Assembly (NCBI GenBank): GCA_045540515.1
Contig: JAZQHJ010000078.1
Location: forward strand, 1 to 57,546
Reading direction: 5' to 3'
Length of the DNA: 57,546 bases
Source: Eubacteriales bacterium
Lineage (GTDB): Bacteria > Bacillota > Clostridia > Oscillospirales > CAG-272
The translations under genes were made by a program, and so were the position numbers. The notes below the pieces were generated by a model. The model saw nothing but the letters and a program-made list of their open reading frames with translations. It did not search any database and was not told where the DNA came from. This document shows positions 42,026 to 50,977 of this stretch, in pieces (the stretch's first letter is position 1; each line of letters starts with the position of its first letter).

Positions 42026-43939
42026 TTAAAGTTCCGGTATAAGCTGTGCAAGGAACAGCTGAATCTGTGTTGCATCAAGTATGCTTAGCTTGCCGTCTCT
42101 GTCAGTATCTGCAAGAGCTAACTGCTCACTTGTCAAAGTGATAAGCTTTGCAAGGTGCATCTGAATATGTGTAGCATCTAAAATGCTGACTTTGCCATCC
42201 AGGTCTACATCACCAAGAATGCCAGCTTGTTGTCCGTTTAATGTATAACTGACAGTAAGTATTGCTGCAATACTTGAACCAACAGCCTCTGCCTCTTTTC
42301 CACCAATAGTAGCACTGATGTCAATCCAGTCGTATGCGTCTGTCTGGAATTTGTAGCCCTCGTTTGCTCTAAGCCACACCTCAAGCTCATATTCGTGTCC
42401 TGTTTCGAAAACATCTGTTTCTTTAAGATTTACATGTGATGAGGTTGTAACATCTGTCCAATAAACACCGTTTATGTAAAAAGCATCAGAAGAAGGTGTT
42501 ACAGTAAAGTCAGGGTGAGCACCAACGCTTGGAGCGTCTACTCCTGTGATAGAAACTGAGGCTACTGGTGGATTTAGCTTTAGCTCTTCATAATGAATTG
42601 CTATTACATCCTCTATCTGTTGACCATCATCCATCGTAATAAGTGCACGGAAATACATAGTTGTCTCTGACTTTGGTCTGAAGTCAAAACGGAAAGGTAA
42701 AACATTACCCGCAAAATTGCCAAGCTCTGACCAAGGAGTGTTTTCGCCATCATAATGAGCCTCATCGCTCATATACCACGATATTGTTTTTACATTATCT
42801 CTGTTTTCTATCCACAAAAGAGGTGATTCTTCTATTGCGGCTGGAACCTCGATTGTGTCAACATAACTGAAAACAGCATCAAATACATCTTTATGTGTCT
42901 GATATACAGTACCGTTTTTACTGTAGATAGAGAATTCTTTTTTCATAAATTGATTGCTCAGTCGCTCAGAGATAGTCAATTTATCACTGCCTATCATCGT
43001 AGGAGGGGTAACCTCATAGTAATAACCTGTTTTGCCCTCGTACTCGGCTGAAACGAGATTTCTGCTGACATTATCAAGATAGCGCTGGTCACTACCATTG
43101 AGACACTTGAAGAAGGTTGTGCCACCTGCAACTATAACCTGACCCCAACCGTTGTTACAATATGCAAAACCTGCATATTCATCGTCAGGCTTTGCTATGT
43201 AAAACTCACCATCATAGACATAAACACTCGGATAAAGACATCCGTGCTTTGTATAATTATCAAAAGCTGAAACCTCAAAGTTAGAAATTTTACCGTAGAA
43301 TGTGCCACCGTAAATATTACAATGCGGTACATCATAAAGATATGCATTGTGACGCAGTTCAATAGTATCTCCGCCAAAGGCTGTGTGAGAATCAAACACA
43401 CCATCATGGATTTCAAGGCAACCCTGCTCTGATAAGAAGACAACACCGTCGCCTACCTCATACGGAGTTTTTATCTCATAATTACCACCGTAGATATCTA
43501 CATTGCCGTTAGCAAGGATAACAGAACTTGTGCCTGCATAGTTACCGCTTGAAAAAATCATACTACCGCTTTTATCATCTGATGTATCCTGAACAACAAA
43601 GCGTGCATTTGGCAATACCTGTATAAGACAGTTATCAATACCACGTGTAGAACGGCTCAGGGTGTAACCGTTCAAATCAAGCACACAATCAGAGAGAGCG
43701 CTTAATTTAAGAACGTTATCATTCTTATTATCATCAACGATAATATCATTTTGTAAAACTAATGTTTCATCGTTTTGTGAATTGTTAAGCAAATTTTTGA
43801 GCTGGTCATAATCGGTAATGTTTATCTGATAGCCTGTTTCTGCCACATCAAGCTCTTTTGCTGATGCTAAAACTGTCTGCGAGCAAACTGCACCCACAAC
43901 AACTAAAAGGCATAAGATTATTGATAGCAATTTTTTCAT
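42026..43939 (-). CDS. Secreted dockerin-containing protein (637 aa)
   Basis: Signal peptide MKKLLSIILCLLVVVGAVCSQTVLASA. The C-terminal duplicated Ca-binding dockerin repeats are GDVDLDGKVSILDATHIQ and ADTDRDGKLSILDATQIQ (about 42029-42230). Confidence 0.8.
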   Translation of the reverse strand: MKKLLSIILCLLVVVGAVCSQTVLASAKELDVAETGYQINITDYDQLKNLLNNSQNDETLVLQNDIIVDDNKNDNVLKLSALSDCVLDLNGYTLSRSTRGIDNCLIQVLPNARFVVQDTSDDKSGSMIFSSGNYAGTSSVILANGNVDIYGGNYEIKTPYEVGDGVVFLSEQGCLEIHDGVFDSHTAFGGDTIELRHNAYLYDVPHCNIYGGTFYGKISNFEVSAFDNYTKHGCLYPSVYVYDGEFYIAKPDDEYAGFAYCNNGWGQVIVAGGTTFFKCLNGSDQRYLDNVSRNLVSAEYEGKTGYYYEVTPPTMIGSDKLTISERLSNQFMKKEFSIYSKNGTVYQTHKDVFDAVFSYVDTIEVPAAIEESPLLWIENRDNVKTISWYMSDEAHYDGENTPWSELGNFAGNVLPFRFDFRPKSETTMYFRALITMDDGQQIEDVIAIHYEELKLNPPVASVSITGVDAPSVGAHPDFTVTPSSDAFYINGVYWTDVTTSSHVNLKETDVFETGHEYELEVWLRANEGYKFQTDAYDWIDISATIGGKEAEAVGSSIAAILTVSYTLNGQQAGILGDVDLDGKVSILDATHIQMHLAKLITLTSEQLALADTDRDGKLSILDATQIQLFLAQLIPEL

Positions 43940-44212
43940 AAAAAATCCTCCTCGTTATACAAAAATCAGATATCTATTTAAGCGATAGCAATATTGACTG
44001 AAAAGTCAAAATAGACTATAATAAATAAATACCCTTTGCAAATTAAGGGTTCGGAATACACCTATCCCTTATATTATTACATTATAATTATACTAATTTG
44101 CGTACTTATTGTCCCCACACTAAAAGTGTGGGTTTGAGCTTTTTCAAAACAAGTATGAAAAATAAAGCTCGGACTATAATGCTATATACATTCATATTCA
44201 AAGGAGTGCATT

Positions 44213-45316
44213 ATGAAGAAGTTACTTGCAAGTATACCTGTCTTGCTGTTTTCTATATTAAGCTTATCGGGTTGCAGTACTATCGGTGAAAAAAGTGCCA
44301 GCTTGTCGCTTATTTACGGCATTGCTGCTATACTGTCATTTTTGCTGCTTATAGGATGTTGCTTTTCGGTACGAAAAAAGAAGGCTTGGTTTATACTTCT
44401 GTTTTCATCGGTGCTTGTAGTTAATATCGGCTACACGTTTTTGTCGGTTTCCAAAAATCTGAATATGGCGCTACTTGCGAACCGTATCTCCTATCTTGGC
44501 TCGGTATTTTTGCCGCTTGCTATGCTGATGATAATATTAAATGTGACTAACACGAAATACAAAAAGCAACTACCTATTATTTTGTTTGGTATTGCTACGC
44601 TTGTGTTTCTTGTAGCTGCAAGTCCGGGTGTTTTGGATATATACTACAAGGAGGTTTCCTTTGAGATAGTAAACGGTGTATCTACTCTGAACAAAGTATA
44701 CGGACCACTTCACCCGCTGTATCTTTTCTATCTGCTCGGGTATTTTGCTACTATGGTTACTGTCATTATCCGTGCAGCTGTTAAGAAAACAATAGACACA
44801 ACCACACACGCTGTCATTCTTGCAATAGCGGTATTTGTAAATATCGGTGTCTGGTTTATCGAACAGCTTGTGAACGTTGACTTTGAGATGCTATCTATTT
44901 CGTACATAATCAGCGAATTGTTCCTGCTTGGCGTACATCTTATTATGAACGAAAACCAACGACTCAAGGAAATTGTCAAACAAGTTCAGACCGTACAAAA
45001 CTATACCGAAAACGAAAAAGCAGAAGCTGACGCTATGCTTGATAACACTCAAGCACCTGAAACTGTAGATACTGCACGTTTGGAGGTCTTTGTAAACGGT
45101 ATCGAAAAGTTAACAGCTACAGAGAAATCTATCTATCAGGCATATATCGCCCGTCTTACCACAAAGGAGATTTTAATAAAGCTCAACATAAAAGAAAACA
45201 CCCTGAAATATCACAACAAAAACCTATACGGAAAATTGGGTGTTACATCACGAAAAGAATTGCTTGAGATATACAAACAATTAAAAGCAGTAAAAACAAA
45301 GCTTGATAACAACTAA
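44213..45316 (+). CDS. Membrane-anchored LuxR/GerE-type transcriptional regulator
   Basis: N-terminal lipobox-like LSGC, about 6 TM segments, and a C-terminal HTH (TEKSIYQAYIARLTTKEILIKLNIKENTLKYHNKNLYGKLGV). Confidence 0.7.
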   Translation: MKKLLASIPVLLFSILSLSGCSTIGEKSASLSLIYGIAAILSFLLLIGCCFSVRKKKAWFILLFSSVLVVNIGYTFLSVSKNLNMALLANRISYLGSVFLPLAMLMIILNVTNTKYKKQLPIILFGIATLVFLVAASPGVLDIYYKEVSFEIVNGVSTLNKVYGPLHPLYLFYLLGYFATMVTVIIRAAVKKTIDTTTHAVILAIAVFVNIGVWFIEQLVNVDFEMLSISYIISELFLLGVHLIMNENQRLKEIVKQVQTVQNYTENEKAEADAMLDNTQAPETVDTARLEVFVNGIEKLTATEKSIYQAYIARLTTKEILIKLNIKENTLKYHNKNLYGKLGVTSRKELLEIYKQLKAVKTKLDNN

Positions 45317-45366
45317 TAAGCAAAAAAGGGATACCAAAGCGGTATCCCTTTCCTTTATATATAATC

Positions 45367-46092
45367 TTAAATTTTAGGGTCAAATGATGGCATAAGCTCG
45401 AGTTTGAACTGATTTATCCTGTGCAGGCGGTCTATTCTCTCTTTCTTCTCCTTATCCTCGATAACACCCTCACGGATATATCGGTCAAGCTCGTCATAAG
45501 TGAAGCCTAAATTCTCCTCGTCAGTCTTGCCACACAAGCCGTCTATCGGAACCTTGTCAACGAGCTCAAAAGGAAGCCCTAAGAGCCTGCCTATCTGTTT
45601 GACCTCATTGACTGTCAGATTTGAGCAAGGGCTGAAATCGCCCACAGAATCGCCATATCGGGTAGAATAACCGACCCAGTCCTCTGACAAGTTGCAAGTG
45701 TTTGCAACTCTGCCATTATGACTCTGTGACACCGCATACAGCGTAGCCATACGAATTCTCGGTGCGAGGTTGGTCATACTCATAGTGCTAAGCTCAAAAG
45801 GTATATTGTCAATAACACCCTTCATAGCGTCTTCGATATTGACAACATAATGTCTGATACCCAGAGTATCAACAAGTAGCTGAGCCATATCTATGTCGTG
45901 TTGCTTGCCGTTTGGCATAAGCACGCCTATGACTCTGTCCTTGCCCAGAGCTTCGACACAGAGTGCCGCAACTATGGAGCTGTCCTTGCCACCTGAGATA
46001 CCGACTACAGCGTTGCAGTCCTTGCCGTTTTCTTCAAAGAAATTCTGTATCCATTTTACACATTCGTTCTTGACTTTTAATGCATCAAACAT
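45367..46092 (-). CDS. nadE: NH3-dependent NAD+ synthetase
   Basis: PP-loop GISGGKDSSIVAAL; length 241 aa; adjacent to a nicotinamidase-like gene. Confidence 0.85.
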   Translation of the reverse strand: MFDALKVKNECVKWIQNFFEENGKDCNAVVGISGGKDSSIVAALCVEALGKDRVIGVLMPNGKQHDIDMAQLLVDTLGIRHYVVNIEDAMKGVIDNIPFELSTMSMTNLAPRIRMATLYAVSQSHNGRVANTCNLSEDWVGYSTRYGDSVGDFSPCSNLTVNEVKQIGRLLGLPFELVDKVPIDGLCGKTDEENLGFTYDELDRYIREGVIEDKEKKERIDRLHRINQFKLELMPSFDPKI

Positions 46093-46112
46093 AAATATAC
46101 CATCCTTTTTTG

Positions 46113-46637
46113 TCAGTTAATCTGAATCTGGCAACATCTCATTGTATCAAGTGCTGCATTGTGTGTAGCTACAGTAACACCCGCACAGCACTGAGAATCA
46201 ACCTTTATGAGCATCTGAGGAAAATGTGCCTTTAAAATCAGCGCATTGCTGACTACGCAGATATCTGTGCACAGACCCACAAGCTCTACTGTAAAGTCCT
46301 CACCCTTAGATGCTTCTTTGATGATATCGGGTAAATCAACGCTACCAAAGGTAATCTTCTCTACAGGGGTAAAGCCCTTTGCACTAAGTGCAGACTTAAC
46401 TTTGTCGTTAAGCTGCCAACCGTCTGTACCCTTGATGCAGTGAGGCACCGGAAGATTTCTGCCCTCTGCTGTGTCCATATAATCCTCAAAATGTGTATCA
46501 TATGTAGCAAAAATCTGTCCGTCAAAGCTGTTGATCTTATCTACTACATTGTCAACTATAGCGACAGCCTCCTGTGTGCCAAGAGCCCCGTCTACAAAGT
46601 CATTTTGCATATCAACGACTACTAAGAAATTTTTCAT
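46113..46637 (-). CDS. pncA: Isochorismatase-family hydrolase, nicotinamidase-like
   Basis: VVVDMQNDFVDGALG, VPHCIKGTDGW and LVGLCTDICV motifs. Confidence 0.7.
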   Translation of the reverse strand: MKNFLVVVDMQNDFVDGALGTQEAVAIVDNVVDKINSFDGQIFATYDTHFEDYMDTAEGRNLPVPHCIKGTDGWQLNDKVKSALSAKGFTPVEKITFGSVDLPDIIKEASKGEDFTVELVGLCTDICVVSNALILKAHFPQMLIKVDSQCCAGVTVATHNAALDTMRCCQIQIN

Positions 46638-46721
46638 AGAAATACCTCTTTTATCATTTGTACAAGTAAAACTTAGCCCTGTATATCTTCTGCGTTAAGC
46701 TTAGTTTTATGTCTTAGTATA

Positions 46722-47348
46722 TTAATCAAAATTATACCAATACTCACAGCTATCTGTGCTTGTGATAGCAGGTGTCATAGTCATCATTTCTTTTTCATCA
46801 TCAAACTCTATTGTGACTTCTTTGCCGTTGCTATGGTTACCGTCATAATAGAAGATAACTGTATCATAAGATACTATTTCATAATCAAAGGTAGAGAGCG
46901 TCTCATCAAAGAAATAAGACTCAAATTTGTACTCACACTCATCTTCTGAAAAATCAAGCTCCAAAGTAAAGTATGAGTCATTGTCTACCTCGGTGCGTGA
47001 CCAATCACGCATAAGCTCGTCGTGCAGGCTATTTTTGCCTACTGAGTTGGTAATAAAAATTGCCGCAACTACAGCTACAGCCAAAAATATTACAATAGGG
47101 ATAACTACTGCAAAGGGAAATTTCTTCTTAGTCTGTACAGTAGGTACTACAGGCGATGGATAAGGCACCTGATTCTCTGTACCTATACCTACGGGCGCTG
47201 TAAAAGGCACAGCCTCATCAACGTTTGCTACAGGTGTGCTCTGTTTATTTGCACTTTGTTCTACAGTTTCGCCCTCAATCTTAGTGCCACAGACAGAACA
47301 GAACATATCGGTATCATTTAATAATGCTCCACATTTACTACAATACAT
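46722..47348 (-). CDS. Zinc-ribbon single-TM protein, 208 aa
   Basis: MYCSKCGALLNDTDMFCSVCGTKI, then a TM helix (FPFAVVIPIVIFLAVAVVAAIFI). Confidence 0.65.
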   Translation of the reverse strand: MYCSKCGALLNDTDMFCSVCGTKIEGETVEQSANKQSTPVANVDEAVPFTAPVGIGTENQVPYPSPVVPTVQTKKKFPFAVVIPIVIFLAVAVVAAIFITNSVGKNSLHDELMRDWSRTEVDNDSYFTLELDFSEDECEYKFESYFFDETLSTFDYEIVSYDTVIFYYDGNHSNGKEVTIEFDDEKEMMTMTPAITSTDSCEYWYNFD

Positions 47349-47410
47349 ATAAACCCTCCTTACAGGATAACTAAAGTATATAACACAAGTTTACCACAGA
47401 AATTTCCTGT

Positions 47411-47438
47411 TGACAAGTTAACATATTTTGATATAATA
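47411..47438 (+). promoter_or_regulatory. Strong SigA promoter with extended -10
   Basis: TTGACA (47411-47416), 16 nt, TGaTATAAT (47430-47438). Confidence 0.75.
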
Positions 47439-47444
47439 ACTAGT

Positions 47445-47656
47445 GGAGACTCGGCTTTTGTGGAAAGCCTTAAAGGGAGGATGCGTCACCGACTGAAAGC
47501 GCATCTAAGGTGAGTAGTAAGTGCGGGAACACTCCCATAGTTCACAAAACTATATAAAAAGCGGATGCTTTTGTTTGCATCAACACGGGTGGCACCGCGG
47601 GTTTTTTTGATGACTCGTCCCGAGAATAGCACAAGCTATTCTCGGGGCTTTTTGTT
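47445..47656 (+). promoter_or_regulatory. T-box riboswitch leader with terminator; candidate specifier AAC (Asn)
   Basis: T-box core GGGTGGCACCGCG (47587-47599). Terminator CCCGAGAATAGC-acaa-GCTATTCTCGGG plus a T-run (47619-47656). Stem-I-like elements: a ...TGAAAG loop hairpin at 47481-47506 and GAGTAGTAA. AAC-A (47528-47531) directly precedes the CTCCC strand that pairs with GGGAG (47475-47479). Confidence 0.75.
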
Positions 47657-47701
47657 TTTGTGATTATTACTTTGTATATTACCTAAGGAGGTATTTTGAA
47701 A

Positions 47702-49774
47702 ATGTATAGAACACATTTTTGTAACGACATCCGTGAATCAGATGTAGGCATTAAGGTTGAGCTTGCAGGCTGGGTCGATGTTATTCGTGACCACGGTGGC
47801 GTTATCTTCGTTGATTTGCGTGACTACACAGGTATTACTCAGGTAGTTGTTCATAACGAAGAATTGCTCGAAAAAGTTGGCAGAGAGACAGTTATCTCTG
47901 TAAGCGGTATTGTCAGAAAGCGTGACGAAGATACCGTTAACGATAAGATTGCAACAGGTAAGGTTGAGCTTGTGGCTGATACTCTGACGGTACTCGGCAG
48001 ATGCACCAATATGCTACCGTTTGAGGTATCTAACTCTCGTGCATCAAAGGACGAACTGAGACTTAAGTATCGCTATCTTGACCTTAGAAATCCTAAGAAC
48101 CACAACAACCTTGTTATGCGTTCTAAGATTATCCGTCACCTGCGTAATCTTATGGAGAGCAAAAACTTCCTTGATATGCAGACTCCGATTCTTACTGCAT
48201 CATCACCTGAGGGTGCCAGAGACTTTTTGGTGCCATCACGTAAGCATCCGGGTAAGTTCTACGCTTTGCCACAGGCTCCACAGCAGTTCAAACAGCTACT
48301 GATGGTATCAGGCTTTGACAGATATTTTCAGGTTGCTCCGTGTTTTAGAGATGAAGACGCCCGTGCTGACCGCTCACCGGGTGAGTTCTATCAGCTTGAC
48401 TTTGAGATGGCATTTGCTACTCAGGAGGAAGTGCTCGATGTCTGCGAAGATGTAATCTACGATACATTCAAGACCTTCTCTGACAAGAAAATCACACCAA
48501 AGCCATTCAGACGCATCACCTACGCTGATGCTATGATGACCTATGGCTCTGACAAACCTGACCTGAGAAACCCGCTTGTTATCTGCGATTTGACAGACTT
48601 CTTTATGGATGTCAACTTCCCTGCATTCAAGGGCAAGCCTGTTCGTGGTATTGTCGCTGACTGTCAGGGCAAGTCAAAGAAGTTCTTTGAAGATTCTCTC
48701 AAATACGCTACCTCTATGGAGGTAGGACTCGGCGGTTTGGGATATATCACTCTCAAAGAGGGTGTGTTTGCAGGCCCTATCGCTAAATTCTTAAGTGACG
48801 AGAAAAAGGCAGAAATCGTAACACTCACAGGTGTTAAAGAAGGTCAGACTCTGTTCTTTATCTGTGATGATAAAAAATCAGACACAGAGAAAAAGGCAGG
48901 TATGATACGCACATGGCTCGCTGATAAAAACCAGCTTGACCTGATAAGAGACGATGCGTTTGAATTCTGCTTTGTTGTTGACTTCCCTATGTTTGAAGAA
49001 GACGAAGAAACAGGCGAGACAATATTTACTCACAACCCGTTCTCTATGCCACAAGGTGGTATGGATGCTCTGCTCAACAAAGACCCAGAAAGCGTACTTG
49101 CATACCAATATGACCTTGTATGTAATGGTATTGAGCTTGCATCCGGTGCTGTGCGTAACCACGATATCGAAATAATGAAAAAAGCCTTTGAAATTGCAGG
49201 CTATGAAGAATCTGAACTCAAGAAACGCTTCAACGCACTATATACAGCGTTTCAGTATGGTGCACCGCCTCACGCAGGTATGGCACCGGGTATTGACCGT
49301 ATGGTGATGCTGCTGACTGATGAGGAGAAGATTCTTGATGTTATTGCATTCCCATTAAACGGTAATGCTCAGGACTTATTGCTTGGTGCTCCGGGTGAGG
49401 TCACTGACCAGCAGCTTGAGGATGTTCATCTGCTCGGCAACGGCAGTGCACTTGCTCACCGCTCTACAAAGGCAGGAGCTAAAAGCTCTATGGGCAAACG
49501 CTCAACATTCTCAAATGCACAACAGCTTAATCAGCTCTCTCTGACAGAGGACGAAGAGGCTGTTATGCAGGGCATTTTTGATGCTATGAAAACAAGCGAA
49601 GAAAGCCTGAAATCAAGCGATACAACAGATATAGAGCCTATGGTACACGTGATGCCTATGACTAACGTACTAAGAGATGACAAGAGAGTTCAGAACTTCA
49701 GCAGAGATGATTTGCTCAAGAGCTCTCCACAGCACTCTGACGATAGCTGGCAAGTGCCACGACTTGTAAAGTGA
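47702..49774 (+). CDS. aspS: Aspartyl-tRNA synthetase fused in frame to a GatC-like C-terminal domain
   Basis: Class II AspRS motifs (FYALPQAPQQFKQLLM, FRDEDARADRSPEF, GGMDALLN...APPHAGMAPGIDR) up to about residue 580 of the track ORF. A ~30-aa linker follows, then LSLTEDEE...DIEPMVHVMPMTNVLRDDK...WQVPRLV (49526-49771), which matches GatC. The start is ATG 47702 or TTG 47696. Confidence 0.85.
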   Translation: MYRTHFCNDIRESDVGIKVELAGWVDVIRDHGGVIFVDLRDYTGITQVVVHNEELLEKVGRETVISVSGIVRKRDEDTVNDKIATGKVELVADTLTVLGRCTNMLPFEVSNSRASKDELRLKYRYLDLRNPKNHNNLVMRSKIIRHLRNLMESKNFLDMQTPILTASSPEGARDFLVPSRKHPGKFYALPQAPQQFKQLLMVSGFDRYFQVAPCFRDEDARADRSPGEFYQLDFEMAFATQEEVLDVCEDVIYDTFKTFSDKKITPKPFRRITYADAMMTYGSDKPDLRNPLVICDLTDFFMDVNFPAFKGKPVRGIVADCQGKSKKFFEDSLKYATSMEVGLGGLGYITLKEGVFAGPIAKFLSDEKKAEIVTLTGVKEGQTLFFICDDKKSDTEKKAGMIRTWLADKNQLDLIRDDAFEFCFVVDFPMFEEDEETGETIFTHNPFSMPQGGMDALLNKDPESVLAYQYDLVCNGIELASGAVRNHDIEIMKKAFEIAGYEESELKKRFNALYTAFQYGAPPHAGMAPGIDRMVMLLTDEEKILDVIAFPLNGNAQDLLLGAPGEVTDQQLEDVHLLGNGSALAHRSTKAGAKSSMGKRSTFSNAQQLNQLSLTEDEEAVMQGIFDAMKTSEESLKSSDTTDIEPMVHVMPMTNVLRDDKRVQNFSRDDLLKSSPQHSDDSWQVPRLVK

Positions 49775-49784
49775 GGTGTGCAAA

Positions 49785-50975
49785 ATGAATTATTACGCAA
49801 CTAATATTAACGAAAACGGTAATATTGCAGTAGACGATAACATCCTCGTAAAAGATGTACCGTCTACAGCAGGCTCTCATATATTGGAGGGCTACAAGCC
49901 TCTGTTCTCTGCACATGTTGTTACTAAGCTTATTGATAAAGGCTACACAATAAAAGGCAAGACAAATGTTGGTGAGTTCTCACTTGACTTAGTCGGTGAA
50001 TTCTCATACTACAATAATTATGACAAAGACGAAGCTCTTAAAGGTGCTACTGCTCAGGCTGTAAAAGATAATACAGTCAAGGCGGCTTTGGGTGTGGATA
50101 TGAACGGCTCTTGCAGACGCTCGGCTGCGCTGTCTGATGTGGCATTTCTGAAGCCTACCTATGGTACTGTGTCACGATACGGCATCATCTCATGTGCTGC
50201 ATCAGGCGAGCAGGTAGGTGTATACGCAAACTGCTGTAAAGATGTAGCTGAGATTATGACAGTAATCGCAGGACACGACAAGAATGACGGCACCTCACTA
50301 CCAGAAAGCTCATACTCTTACGACACCAACAAAGATGTCAAGGGCATGAAAGTATGCATAGTAAAAGAACTACTTGACAAAGCAGACGACAAAACAAAGG
50401 CAAAGCTTACTACCTATGCTGAAAATCTGAAATCACAGGGAGTTGTGGTTGAAGAGATAAGCCTTGACCTGTTTGATAACGCTAACACCGCATGGCAGAT
50501 ACTGATGTGTGCAGAAACCTGTAACAATGTATCACGCTATGATGGCGTAAAATATGGTCACCGTAGCGAAAACTACAGAAACATCGATGAGCTGTATGTA
50601 AACTCACGCACAGAGGGATTTAACTTCTTGACAAAGGCTACTATCCTCTACGGCTCTGATGTTCTGTCAAAGAACCGCTATGCTGACTGCTATGACAAGG
50701 CTCTGCGTATACGCAGAATGGTCGCTGATAAAATGAGTAAAATCTTTGAAACTTATGATGCTGTGCTCACCCCTGCTTGTTCAAAATCTGAGTACTACGC
50801 ATATGATATCAAAGACGCATTTGTAAAAGTATTTGAAGAGAGTGTATTCACAGCAGTACCAAACCTGATAGGCACGCCTGCGCTTGTGTCTCAGGGTGTA
50901 CAGCTTATGTCAAAACACTTTGGCGAATCCACCCTACTCTCGCTTGCTGAATCTGTGGAAAGGATAGGTGAATAA
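49785..50975 (+). CDS. gatA: GatA-like amidase-family protein, short (396 aa) and apparently lacking the GGSSGG loop
   Basis: Clear GatA-like blocks (KGKTNVGEF, FLKPTYGTVSRYG, VIAGHDKNDGTS, SRYDGVKYGHRS, SRTEGF). Where GGSSGGSAAAVA is expected the sequence reads EALKGATAQAVKD. ATG 49785 with GAGG 8 nt upstream. Confidence 0.7.
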   Translation: MNYYATNINENGNIAVDDNILVKDVPSTAGSHILEGYKPLFSAHVVTKLIDKGYTIKGKTNVGEFSLDLVGEFSYYNNYDKDEALKGATAQAVKDNTVKAALGVDMNGSCRRSAALSDVAFLKPTYGTVSRYGIISCAASGEQVGVYANCCKDVAEIMTVIAGHDKNDGTSLPESSYSYDTNKDVKGMKVCIVKELLDKADDKTKAKLTTYAENLKSQGVVVEEISLDLFDNANTAWQILMCAETCNNVSRYDGVKYGHRSENYRNIDELYVNSRTEGFNFLTKATILYGSDVLSKNRYADCYDKALRIRRMVADKMSKIFETYDAVLTPACSKSEYYAYDIKDAFVKVFEESVFTAVPNLIGTPALVSQGVQLMSKHFGESTLLSLAESVERIGE

Positions 50976-50977
50976 CT

